This document shows, one piece after another, positions 18,116-27,376 of a stretch of DNA of 46,797 nt (its first letter is position 1; every line of letters starts with the position of its first letter). Location of the stretch: the NCBI RefSeq assembly GCF_002087085.1, contig NZ_MWQY01000015.1, positions 62,001-108,797 on the forward strand, in the 5' to 3' direction. The notes beneath the pieces were generated by a model. The model searched no databases. It had not been told where the DNA came from and saw only the letters and a list, made by a program, of their open reading frames with translations. The position numbers and the translations under genes are program-made.

Positions 18116-18819
18116 GCGGGACCTCCGGGGCTGAGCATGTAGCCGATTCCCTTCATGGTCAGGATAAAGCGCGGCTCGGAAGGGTCGTCTTCGATCTTTT
18201 TTCTGAGCCGCTGAATATGGACCGCCACGGTGGCGATGTCGCCGTACTCGTTGCCCCATACGCTGCTGTACAACTCCTCCGAATTCCTGGGTTTACCGCG
18301 GTTCCGGGCCAGGTTTATCAGGAGTTCCGTCTCCTTGGGGCTCAAGGCTATCTGCTCAAAACTGTCCGCTTCAGCATTCCTTTTGCGCAGGATTCGTGCG
18401 TCGATGTCCAGTACAAAGGGTCCGAAGAGTACTTCGGTCTTCTGTTCCGAGTACTCTGCTTTCCTGCGCAGGTGGGCACGGACCCGGGCGGCCAGTACCC
18501 TCGGGCTGAAGGGTTTGGTGACAAAGTCGTCGGCGCCGTAACCGAAGCCGAGGATCATGTCCGCATCGTCGGTACGGGCGGAGACGATGATTACCGGGAA
18601 GTTGTGTTTTTTCCGCAGGGCCTGGAGAACCTCGTAGCCGTCCATACCGGGGAGGTTTATATCCAGAACGGCCAGATCCACATCCCCGGCGGAGATCTTC
18701 GCAAGGCCCTCCTCCCCCGTGCTGCAGGAGAGGGTCTCGATCCCTTCATGATTCAGATAAAGGGATATAAGCTTGTTGATTTCCGGTTCGTCTTCAATAA
18801 CCAGTACCCTGGCCTTCAT
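18112..18819 (-). CDS. OmpR/PhoB-family response regulator
   Basis: VIEDE, VLDINLPGMDG, KPF and winged helix TVAVHIQRLRKKIEDDP...GIGY. ATG 18819 has a GGAGG RBS. Confidence 0.95.
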   Translation of the reverse strand: MKARVLVIEDEPEINKLISLYLNHEGIETLSCSTGEEGLAKISAGDVDLAVLDINLPGMDGYEVLQALRKKHNFPVIIVSARTDDADMILGFGYGADDFVTKPFSPRVLAARVRAHLRRKAEYSEQKTEVLFGPFVLDIDARILRKRNAEADSFEQIALSPKETELLINLARNRGKPRNSEELYSSVWGNEYGDIATVAVHIQRLRKKIEDDPSEPRFILTMKGIGYMLSPGGPA

Positions 18820-18834
18820 GGGGCCTCCGTGCAT

Positions 18835-18863
18835 ATCCTATGGTCTCGGGGCGGGATAGACAA
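18835..18863 (-). promoter_or_regulatory. Internal sigma70-type promoter for the regulator/kinase/Omp85 genes
   Basis: Minus strand TTGTCT-17 nt-TAGGAT upstream of the RBS. Confidence 0.5.
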
Positions 18864-18885
18864 GCCCCGGATCGCCCCTTGTCTT

Positions 18886-19188
18886 TCACGGGTTTTCAAG
18901 GAGTTCCTCCGCCCCCGGGATCACGAAAGCTGCCAGGCCGTTATCGGGATGCGCGTCTCTCATCTCCCTCAGAATCGAGCGGACAATGTCGGTCTCCCTC
19001 TGTGCGCTATAGATTACAAAGAGGGAGTTCTCCTCCGGCCAGACAGCAGTGCCCATCCTGGGGCCGGAGGCCCCGTTCCCCAGGGTTTCCCGATGCAGGG
19101 AAAATGGTACCTCCGGCAGTCTTCGGTACAGGTGCTCGAGAAAGATGTCCTCGATGGTCTGGTCCATGATTATTTCAAGACGATTCAT
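18886..19188 (-). CDS. PG0541-family PII-like transporter-associated protein
   Basis: 100 aa with GNGASGPRMGTAVWPEEN, directly coupled to the RND stop (TAATG overlap), as is typical for this family. Confidence 0.75.
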   Translation of the reverse strand: MNRLEIIMDQTIEDIFLEHLYRRLPEVPFSLHRETLGNGASGPRMGTAVWPEENSLFVIYSAQRETDIVRSILREMRDAHPDNGLAAFVIPGAEELLENP

Positions 19189-22100
19189 TATGGGAGCTCC
19201 TTTGGAGTCGATTTTGATTCCCGAAAGAAGAGGGAGTAGAGTACCGGTACGAAGACCAGGGTAATCAATGTATTCACGCTTAAGCCTCCCACAACCGTCA
19301 GTGCCAGTCCCTGCATCCTGGCCCCGCCCTCTCCGGCAAAGAAGGCCAGGGGAACCATGGTGGCAATGGTGGTCAGGGTGGTCATCAGTATGGGCCGTAA
19401 CCGGCTGACACCGCCTTCGAGACAGGCATCGTGCAGCTTGGTTCCTCTTTTACGAAGCAGCCCTATATAGTCCACCAGCACGATGCCGTTGTTGACCACC
19501 ATACCTGCGAGCATGACCACACCGATCAGGGCGATCATGTCGAAGCTCATGCCCATTACAAGGAAGATCCCGATTACTCCTATGGCCAGCATGGGCATGG
19601 CAAGGATTATTATGAACGGCGCCCGCAGGGATTCGAACTGGCTGACCATGACGCCGAAAACCAGCAGTACCGCTATGGCCAGAATCTTCAGCAGGACGGA
19701 TCCGGTTTCCGCGATGTCCTCCATCTCTCCCTTGTAGCTGATTTCGATACCCGGTTCCGGGGGCAGTTCTGTCTCCAGAAGTTCCCGGATGCCGGCCTCC
19801 ACGAAATTGGGCTGAGCACCTGCGGCCAGATCGCCGGAGATGGTGACGGTCCGTTTCTTTTCCGTGTGGGGGATTCTGGTCGGGCCCGTATTCTCCTCTA
19901 TGGAGGCAAAGCTGGATACGGGGATTTTTTCTCCCGAGCTGTTCAGGACGAACAGGTTTTCAAGCTCCCGCAGGTTCTGCCGGTCCGCTTCCTCGAGGCG
20001 GATCACCACATTGTAGCTCTCATCATCCGGATCGGTGAAACTCGTTGCAGTATAGCCGTGGATCTTGCGGTACATCTCTGTGGCTACGCTGTTTACATTG
20101 AGACCGAGGTCAAAGAGCTTCTCCCGGTTAATTACCATGTCCCACTGGGGGAGGCCCTCTTCCATGTCCAGGGATATCTCGGTAAGGTCAGGAATCTCCC
20201 GGTCAATGAGCTCCTGTGCAGCCGCTGCGTAATTCATCAGCTCCTCCAGGTTGTCTCCCCGGATCTGGATATTTATGTCCCCCGACGCCATGGGTCCCAT
20301 GCGGCCCCCGAAGGAGAACGAACTTTCAGGAAACAGGGGGAAAAGTGCTCTGATTCGTTGACGGATCTCATCGCTTCCAAGGGTTCTCTCCTCCAGTTCC
20401 GGCAGAAGCAGGGTTAGCTGTCCCTGATAGGAGTTGGAGCGGGCCCCCACGGTCATACCCATGGAGGTATAGGAGCCCTCCAGTTCCTCCTCGACTTTTT
20501 CCCGGAAGCGGTCCAGGACCTCCTCGGTGGCATCCAGGGAGCTGCCCAGGGGGAGTTCCACGTTTATCCGGAGGCTCTGGGACATCCCCTCCGGTTGCAG
20601 GGAGAGTCCGAGCTTCGGTATCTGCAGAAGGGCCGCGGTGAGAATCAGGGTGAATGAAAAGACCGTCAGAAGCTTGTGCTTCAGCGCCGCATTCAAAAGA
20701 TGCCGGTAGCCGCTGCTTATCCGGTCCAGGGCAGCTTCGACCCCTTTGTCCATGAAACGAAGGATGGGGTTCCTGAGCGGGCGTTCACCCCGGACATGGA
20801 TCTCCAGGTAGTGGGTGGCCAGCACGGGAACAAGCAGTATGGCCACGAATAGGGAGGAAAGCAGGGCGACGATTACCGTGAAGCCCATGCTGCCGAAGAT
20901 GTTTCCCAGGAAGCCCAGGTCGTTCTTGAACAGGACGATGGGCAGAAAGACCGATATGGTGGTCAGGGTGGAGGCGGTAATGGCGGTTATCATCTCCTTC
21001 GTCCCGAAAAGTCCCGCCGCTGTCAGCCGTTCCCCCCGTTCCCGATGGGAGAATATGTTTTCTATTATGACGATGGAGTTGTCCACGATCATTCCCACCC
21101 CCAGGGTCAGCCCCGTCAGGGCCACCAGGTTGAAGGTCAGTCCCCCCAAGCTCATACCCATCACGGTTATAAGAATTGAGACCGGTATGGTAATGGCGAT
21201 AATCAGGGTGCTCTTCAGCTGGCGCAGGAAGATCATCAGGATGAACACCGCAGCCAGTACGCCCGTAAGGGCGGAGTTCAGAACAGAGTTCAGGGAGTCG
21301 CTGATGACCGTCGACTCATCGGAGATGACCAGGGCTTGTACGTTTCCCGGCAGCCGGGTTTCAATCTCTGTCAGGCTTTCTTTGAGATTTTCCGCAATCT
21401 TTATTGTGTTGGCGCCGGTTTTCTTGTAAATCTGAAGTTCCACTGCCGGCAGTCCGTCCTGGTAGACACGGCTGGATTCCTCCTCGCTGGCATATTCCAC
21501 ATCGGCTATATCCCGGAGGTAGACTTTATGAATTTCTCCTGCTGAACTGACCCGGGTAATGAGGGTGTTGCGAATCCCTTCCAGACTGTTGACCTTTCCG
21601 CTGGTTCGAATCTGGAACTCCCGGCCGCCGGTACTGGCCGATCCGGCCCCCATGCTCTGGTTCTGCAGGGCCAGGGTATTGCCGATTGTGCTTACATCGA
21701 GGCCCAGAGCATCCAGGCGGCCGGCAGAAACCGTCACCGCCACGATTCTGTCCCGGCCGCCGGATATATCGACATTCGATACATCGGGAACCTGCTCCAG
21801 TCCGGGCTGAACCAGATCCTCGGCCAGTTCGTAGAGTTCCTCTATGTTCAGATCTCCCTGGAGGGAGATCGTCATGATGGGCATCTCGTTGGGATCGAAT
21901 TCCATCATTATCGGTTCATCGGCACCTTCGGGAAGGGTGTTTTTGATGCGGTCGATTTTGTCCCGCATGTCGTTTTTGATCTCTTCCAGGTCTGTTCCGT
22001 AGGCGAACTCCAGAAGTATTGAAGAACTTCCTTCCGCCGATGTGGAGGTAATGGACTCCAGGCCCTCCAGGGTGTAGAACTGGTCTTCCAGGGGATCGGT

Positions 22101-22283
22101 AAGTTCGCCCTCCACCTCTTCAGGACCTGCTCCGTCGTAGCTGGTCAAAGTATAGATGACCGGAAGATCGGTGTCGGGGAAGAGGTCCACCGGCAGGGTG
22201 TTGACCATAAAGAGCCCTAAGAGGGTGAGCAGTACAAAGACGGTAAGAACCGTCAGGGGGCGGTGGATCAGGGTCTTAAGCAT
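19188..22283 (-). CDS. RND efflux transporter permease (AcrB/AcrD/AcrF family)
   Basis: HRPLTV, LPVDLFP, GAGPEEVE, GMIVDNSIVIIENI and RLRPILMTTLTT; 12-TM layout. Start placed at ATG 22283. Confidence 0.96.
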   Translation of the reverse strand: MLKTLIHRPLTVLTVFVLLTLLGLFMVNTLPVDLFPDTDLPVIYTLTSYDGAGPEEVEGELTDPLEDQFYTLEGLESITSTSAEGSSSILLEFAYGTDLEEIKNDMRDKIDRIKNTLPEGADEPIMMEFDPNEMPIMTISLQGDLNIEELYELAEDLVQPGLEQVPDVSNVDISGGRDRIVAVTVSAGRLDALGLDVSTIGNTLALQNQSMGAGSASTGGREFQIRTSGKVNSLEGIRNTLITRVSSAGEIHKVYLRDIADVEYASEEESSRVYQDGLPAVELQIYKKTGANTIKIAENLKESLTEIETRLPGNVQALVISDESTVISDSLNSVLNSALTGVLAAVFILMIFLRQLKSTLIIAITIPVSILITVMGMSLGGLTFNLVALTGLTLGVGMIVDNSIVIIENIFSHRERGERLTAAGLFGTKEMITAITASTLTTISVFLPIVLFKNDLGFLGNIFGSMGFTVIVALLSSLFVAILLVPVLATHYLEIHVRGERPLRNPILRFMDKGVEAALDRISSGYRHLLNAALKHKLLTVFSFTLILTAALLQIPKLGLSLQPEGMSQSLRINVELPLGSSLDATEEVLDRFREKVEEELEGSYTSMGMTVGARSNSYQGQLTLLLPELEERTLGSDEIRQRIRALFPLFPESSFSFGGRMGPMASGDINIQIRGDNLEELMNYAAAAQELIDREIPDLTEISLDMEEGLPQWDMVINREKLFDLGLNVNSVATEMYRKIHGYTATSFTDPDDESYNVVIRLEEADRQNLRELENLFVLNSSGEKIPVSSFASIEENTGPTRIPHTEKKRTVTISGDLAAGAQPNFVEAGIRELLETELPPEPGIEISYKGEMEDIAETGSVLLKILAIAVLLVFGVMVSQFESLRAPFIIILAMPMLAIGVIGIFLVMGMSFDMIALIGVVMLAGMVVNNGIVLVDYIGLLRKRGTKLHDACLEGGVSRLRPILMTTLTTIATMVPLAFFAGEGGARMQGLALTVVGGLSVNTLITLVFVPVLYSLFFRESKSTPKELP

Positions 22284-23205
22284 CCTTCTCTCCCCGGTTT
22301 CCGACACTCTGTACGGCCCCACCGTCGCTGAGCATATTCATGCCCGATGTAACGACGGCCTCTCCCGCTGCCAGGCCCTCGATGATCCGGACCTTTCCGT
22401 CGATGGCAAGGCCCGTTGTAACGGGACGCCTGATAGCGGCGGAGTCTTTAACGACAAAGAGGTAGGTTTCTCCGTTGCGGGTAATAATTGAAGTGGAGGG
22501 GACCGTCACGGCCTTCTCGATTCTGTCGGTTACAAGGCGTATCTCCGCCAGCATCCCTGCCTTGATTCCTTCAGGCAGATCGGAGAAGGCGAGTTTGATT
22601 TTCATGCTTCGGGATGCCGGATCAAGGACAGGATAGACCTCGCTGACCCTGGCCTCAAAAGTTCTGTCCGGGACAGCCTCGGTGGTGATGAAAGCGGTCT
22701 GTCCCGTCTTTACCCGGTTTACATAGCGCTCGGATACCCGGGCGCTGATGATCAGGCTGTTCAGGTTCCCCAGTTTCAGGATGGGGACACTGGCCGATAC
22801 CGTGTCACCAGGGTCGACGAGAATCTCTGAAACCGTGCCCTGGACGGGGGCCTCCACGGGGCTTATGCTGTAGGAGGCGCCGGGGCGGCTGGGGTCGACC
22901 CGGGCAAGGGTCTCATCCTCCCGTACAAAGTCGCCCACCCTGACGAGGAATGACGACAGGGTCCCGGCTACGTCGGGGTAGACCTGAACCGTGGACTCCG
23001 CCTCTATATCCCCGGAAAGGCGGATATAATCCTCCAGGACATCTTCTGAAGCTTCCACGGTGCGGACGGAAACCGCCGCTATCTGGTCTTCAAGACGCAG
23101 GCTCCCCGGTCCCGGACGCTTTCCGCTTTCCGGGATCAGGAAAAACAGTCCCGCTCCCGTAATGCTCAATGCCAAAACGATGATAATGCCGATGTTTTTC
23201 TTCAT
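22276..23205 (-). CDS. RND periplasmic adaptor (membrane fusion protein)
   Basis: N-terminal TM, lipoyl-like VRVGDFV...APVQGTV (very short hairpin), GMLAEI and IIEGLAAGEAVVTSG. Confidence 0.92.
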   Translation of the reverse strand: MKKNIGIIIVLALSITGAGLFFLIPESGKRPGPGSLRLEDQIAAVSVRTVEASEDVLEDYIRLSGDIEAESTVQVYPDVAGTLSSFLVRVGDFVREDETLARVDPSRPGASYSISPVEAPVQGTVSEILVDPGDTVSASVPILKLGNLNSLIISARVSERYVNRVKTGQTAFITTEAVPDRTFEARVSEVYPVLDPASRSMKIKLAFSDLPEGIKAGMLAEIRLVTDRIEKAVTVPSTSIITRNGETYLFVVKDSAAIRRPVTTGLAIDGKVRIIEGLAAGEAVVTSGMNMLSDGGAVQSVGNRGEKDA

Positions 23206-23211
23206 GGTTTT

Positions 23212-24606
23212 CTACTCCTGATTTGTTGTTGCGAGAAGCTCTTCGATACTGCTGCCCAGTGCGTATTCAAGATCGAAGAGGGTGGTAAGAAGACTCAATT
23301 TTTCCTGCAGCAGGTTTTGCCTGGCGCTGTTCAGATCGTTCTCCGCCTCCTTGAGGTCCAGGAATTCGATACTTCCCCTGCGGTAGCCCTCTTCGGTAAG
23401 TTCATAGGCCCGTCGGGCAACCTGGACATTGAGGTCCAGGGATTCGATGTTCAGAAGGGAGTCTTTCAGGTTTGCGTAGAGCAGTCCCGTCTCCTCGCTG
23501 ACGCTCTGCAGGGTGTGGGCCCGCTGCTTTATAAGGACCTCCAGGTTGTTCTCCTGCTCCTGTATGGAGGTTCGTACCGAGGAGCCAGGGAGCCATGAGT
23601 CCAGGGGAAGGGAGACAGACAGGCTGACCGAGCCTGTATCCGACCAGGGGTCCCGAAAACCCGACTCCCAGGTATCCCCGGAGAAGGGGTCGCTGACCAC
23701 CGGGGAGAGGCTGGCGCTGAGGCTCAAGGAAGGATAGAATCCCTCGTGGATGAGGCTTTTAAGATTTATCTGTCCCCGGGCTATGCTGTTGTCCAGAGCT
23801 GCCACACTGAAGTGGCTGTCCAGGGACTCCGTTTCGAAGGATAAAGCATCAAGCTTGTCAGGGACCTCAATGCTCCCGTCAAAGCGTATGGAGTCGTCCC
23901 CTTCGATTCCCAGAAGCAGGAAGAACTGGCTGCGGAGTTCCCGGTAGCTGGTGAGCTGGCGGGCCAGGGTGGGTTCCATATTCTTGTAGGCCACCTGGGT
24001 ATTCAGGAGCTCAAGTTCTGATATCCGGCCGTTCCGGAAATCCGCCAGGGCAAGGTCGTACTCCCCTTTGAGAATCTCCATGCTCTCACGGGTAAGCCGG
24101 ATGCTGCTGTCCATGTACAGCAGGTTGTAAAAGCTCACCTTAACGTCCCGTTCCAGAGCCTTCTCCGCCTCCTCCAGGTCGAGGCCTGCAGAGTCCAGAG
24201 CCTTCCGCAGATATTTGATACCGTCGCCGATGGCGGGATTCAGGGTCAGGCTGGCCGAAATCCCGGCGCTCAGACTGACCGGAGAGGTCTCGCGTTCGTA
24301 CTGCATGACCTGATCGTAAATCCCGTTGCCCGCGGGACTCACGGGAATAAGGCCGGAGGCGCTGCTTTCAGAGTTGCTGCGATTCAATGACGAGCTGGCC
24401 CGGATTGACGGGTAAAAGGCGTTTCCCCGGTTTGCATAGTTCCGATGTGCGGAATCGAGGTTTTTCTCAGCCGTATAGAGACTGAGGCTGTTCTCCCGTG
24501 CCGTCTCCAGGGCCTCTTCCAGGCTCATTACCGACTCTGCAGACAGAGAAGCTGTTATAAAGACGAAAAGGAAGGCCAGAGAATAAAGGCCCCGGCGTAT
24601 GTTCAT
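23212..24606 (-). CDS. TolC-family outer-membrane efflux protein
   Basis: Signal peptide, MSLEEALETARENS, and repeated helical motifs (FRNGRISELELL, YRRGSIEFLDL). ATG 24606 has a GGAGG RBS. Confidence 0.9.
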   Translation of the reverse strand: MNIRRGLYSLAFLFVFITASLSAESVMSLEEALETARENSLSLYTAEKNLDSAHRNYANRGNAFYPSIRASSSLNRSNSESSASGLIPVSPAGNGIYDQVMQYERETSPVSLSAGISASLTLNPAIGDGIKYLRKALDSAGLDLEEAEKALERDVKVSFYNLLYMDSSIRLTRESMEILKGEYDLALADFRNGRISELELLNTQVAYKNMEPTLARQLTSYRELRSQFFLLLGIEGDDSIRFDGSIEVPDKLDALSFETESLDSHFSVAALDNSIARGQINLKSLIHEGFYPSLSLSASLSPVVSDPFSGDTWESGFRDPWSDTGSVSLSVSLPLDSWLPGSSVRTSIQEQENNLEVLIKQRAHTLQSVSEETGLLYANLKDSLLNIESLDLNVQVARRAYELTEEGYRRGSIEFLDLKEAENDLNSARQNLLQEKLSLLTTLFDLEYALGSSIEELLATTNQE

Positions 24607-24669
24607 GTAGAAGTACCTCCCGTACTGTTCTCGTGACTTGAAGATACCGGGGACGGCCACGGGAACCCA

Positions 24670-24705
24670 TTACGGGAGGCTTAAGGATGGATAAACGGAT
24701 GTTTA
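24670..24705 (-). promoter_or_regulatory. Candidate OmpR-type tandem binding boxes upstream of tolC
   Basis: 11-bp periodic imperfect repeats: TTACGGGAGGC/TTAAGGATGGA/TAAACGGATGT/TTA. Confidence 0.4.
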
Positions 24706-24711
24706 TACTGT

Positions 24712-25659
24712 CTATACGAGCCCCAGAACCAGGGCAATATTTATGGCGAATATTCCAGCCCCCACACTCAGGGCCAGCACCCCGTGACGGGTAAGGCTGG
24801 AAAACTCGATGGACATGCCTATGGCTGCCATGGCACAGAGGAGCAGCACGGTTTTGACGCTGCCGATCAGGGAGAGCAAAGCCTGGGGAACGGGAAGTAT
24901 GTTGACCGCCAGGGCGCAGACAAGAAAAGCGACAATAAAGGTCGGAACCGGAAAGCCGCCGGATTTTTCGCGGCGGAAGGCGATGCTCAAAGCTATCAAA
25001 ACGACTCCCAGCAGCAGTACCCGGCCCATCTTGATAACGATTGCAGTCCGGGCAACCTCCTCTCCCATCCTGAGGCCCGTTGCCAGGGTCTGTCCAACCG
25101 CCTGAACGGTTCCGCCCACAAGCAGGCCGCTTTGAGTGCTGTCTAGGTCCAGAATCCGGGCCAGGAAGGGCAGCAGAAAGATGGCAACTGCTCCCAGAAG
25201 ATTTACGATGCCGATGGATATGCCGATCTCCTCCTGCTTCGCCTTCATGAGCGGTGCGGCTGCGGCAATGGCGGCGGAACCGCAGACGCCGTTTCCGATT
25301 CCCAGCAGCAGGGACAGTCGCTTCGGCAGAGGAAATATCCTGCCGAATACAAGGCCGACGGTGATGGAGAGGGTAATTACACCGATTACAACCAGGATGG
25401 AGCCCCCGCCGAGCTCCGTCGCGGCGGAAAATTCCAGCTCAAAGCCCATCAGAGCGATGGCGATGTTCAGAAGCCGCTTTTCGCAGAGCTTTATTCCCTT
25501 TTTTCCTTTTTCAGGCCAGGAAGTCAGGTTCCCGACGAGCATCCCCGCCAGTATGGCGGCGGTAACGGAGCCCAGGGCGGGAAGCATACTGGAAGCTGCA
25601 AGTCCTGCGGCAACCGTGGCCGCAACAAGGATAAATCCGATCAGGTATTCAGTGTTCAT
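24712..25659 (-). CDS. yeiH: YeiH-family (putative sulfate exporter) membrane protein
   Basis: CEKRLLNIAIALMG, GNGVCGSAAIAA, KMGRVLLL and AMAAIG; ~10 TMs; divergent from a LysR gene. Confidence 0.85.
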   Translation of the reverse strand: MNTEYLIGFILVAATVAAGLAASSMLPALGSVTAAILAGMLVGNLTSWPEKGKKGIKLCEKRLLNIAIALMGFELEFSAATELGGGSILVVIGVITLSITVGLVFGRIFPLPKRLSLLLGIGNGVCGSAAIAAAAPLMKAKQEEIGISIGIVNLLGAVAIFLLPFLARILDLDSTQSGLLVGGTVQAVGQTLATGLRMGEEVARTAIVIKMGRVLLLGVVLIALSIAFRREKSGGFPVPTFIVAFLVCALAVNILPVPQALLSLIGSVKTVLLLCAMAAIGMSIEFSSLTRHGVLALSVGAGIFAINIALVLGLV

Positions 25660-25725
25660 ATGACCAGGAATGTACAGGAAAGCGTAAAATAAGTAAAATA
25701 ATATTAATTTAGAGGAAGCATAAGT

Positions 25726-26628
25726 ATGAACTTATACATAAGCAAGCGTCATCTCGAGGTCTTTATGGAGGCAGCCAGGGCCGGAACCATGTCCGCCGCT
25801 GCTGATGTCCTGTGTATTACCCAGCCTGCGGTAAGCCAGAGCATAGCCGAGCTGGAACAGCAGCTGGGAGTCCGCCTGTTCGATCGCGTTAAGCGCCGAC
25901 TCTCCCTGACCTATGCGGGGGAGGTCTTTCTTGACCATGTGCGCCGAATAAACTCCATCTTTCTGGAGGCCGGTTTTCGGATGGAAGCCATAGCCGAACT
26001 CCGGGAGGAGCGCCTCAGAATCGGGGCCAGCATGACCATCGGGAGTTTTATGCTCCCGGAAAGGCTCCGTACTTTTTCCGCCGCTTATCCGGGAATCAGG
26101 GCGGCCCTGGTGGTGGACAATACGGCACGGATACGGGAAGGACTTCTGAACAACCAGCTGGATATGGCTGTCGTCGAAGGGCCCCTGGAGCATCCCGACC
26201 TGATTACCCGCTTTCTTTCCCGTGACCCTCTCTGTGTAGTTTGTGCAGCTGATCACCCCTGGAACACCAGGAACAGGATTACAGGGGATGAGATTGCCGC
26301 AGAGAACTTTATCATGCGGGAAGAGGGGAGCGGTACCCGCCACATAATCGAAGGCCTTTTTAACCGCTACGGTATAGAGCATTCGGTTGGTCATATCATC
26401 AATAATATAGAAGGGATAAAGAAAGCCGTAGCTGCGGGACTGGGAATTACGGTACTTCCTGCCATCGCCGTGGCTGACGAAGTCCGCCGTGGTGATTTGG
26501 CTGTCCTGGAAATGGAAGGGGTCGATCTGAGCCGGGAATTCCGCTATGCCCTCCACAAGGACAAGGTGCGCTCTCCGGTACTGAAGGTCTGGATAGAGCA
26601 CTTGAAGGAAAATTCAATCCCGGAATAG
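25726..26628 (+). CDS. LysR-family regulator (YeiE/CysL-like)
   Basis: HTH TQPAVSQSIAELE...LFDR, IGASMTIG and REEGSGTR; divergent from yeiH. Confidence 0.92.
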   Translation: MNLYISKRHLEVFMEAARAGTMSAAADVLCITQPAVSQSIAELEQQLGVRLFDRVKRRLSLTYAGEVFLDHVRRINSIFLEAGFRMEAIAELREERLRIGASMTIGSFMLPERLRTFSAAYPGIRAALVVDNTARIREGLLNNQLDMAVVEGPLEHPDLITRFLSRDPLCVVCAADHPWNTRNRITGDEIAAENFIMREEGSGTRHIIEGLFNRYGIEHSVGHIINNIEGIKKAVAAGLGITVLPAIAVADEVRRGDLAVLEMEGVDLSREFRYALHKDKVRSPVLKVWIEHLKENSIPE

Positions 26629-26650
26629 CTGATGAGCATTCCGCGCAGCT

Positions 26651-27376
26651 CTAAGTCCGGGTTTTGTCGGCAATCAGTCCGAAGGCGGCATCTATACTCA
26701 AAGCCAGCAGGGCTGTTGCCAGGGCGCCCTGAAGGACAAGGGCGGGATTAAAGCGCACCAGTCCTGCGATAATCGGGGCCCCCAGTCCGCCGGCTCCGGC
26801 CACAGCTCCGATGGCGGCGGTGCCGACATTGATGACCGCGGATATCCGTACCCCCGCAAGAATTACCGGAAGGGCCAGGGGAAACTCCACCAGGCTGAAC
26901 TGCCGGATGCGATTCATCCCCACCCCCCTGGCAGCCTCCAGCACCCGTGGGGATACGCTGTCAAAGCCCTTGGTGGTATTGACCACCACAGGCAGCATGC
27001 CGTACAGAAAGAGGGCCAGCAACACCGGGGGTGCGCCGAAACCCAGGGCAGGCACAGCCAGGGCGATGACCGCCGCCGGCGGAAAGGTCTGGGCAACCCC
27101 GGAGAGGCCCGCGACGCTGCGGCGTCCTGCTCCGCTGGGCTCTAAATAAGCGAAAAGACCCAGCAGAAAACCCGCGGCCGTTGCCGCGGCGGTCGAGATG
27201 GCGGTTAGCACAAGGTGGGTACTTAGCAGCTGAAGCAGCGAAGATCGGGGGTAGATCAGCTCCTCGTTTCCGGGAAAGAGGCTTCCCAGAAGCAGCTCCT
27301 GTACCGCTGGAAAGGCGGTAAAGAGTATAAGCAGGGCGGGGAATGCGAAGACCGATACCAGCCTGGACGCTTTCAT
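26651..27376 (-). CDS. Osmoprotectant ABC transporter permease (YehW-like)
   Basis: EAA motif EAARGVGM...VEFPLALPVILAGVR and GAGGLG. Confidence 0.9.
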   Translation of the reverse strand: MKASRLVSVFAFPALLILFTAFPAVQELLLGSLFPGNEELIYPRSSLLQLLSTHLVLTAISTAAATAAGFLLGLFAYLEPSGAGRRSVAGLSGVAQTFPPAAVIALAVPALGFGAPPVLLALFLYGMLPVVVNTTKGFDSVSPRVLEAARGVGMNRIRQFSLVEFPLALPVILAGVRISAVINVGTAAIGAVAGAGGLGAPIIAGLVRFNPALVLQGALATALLALSIDAAFGLIADKTRT

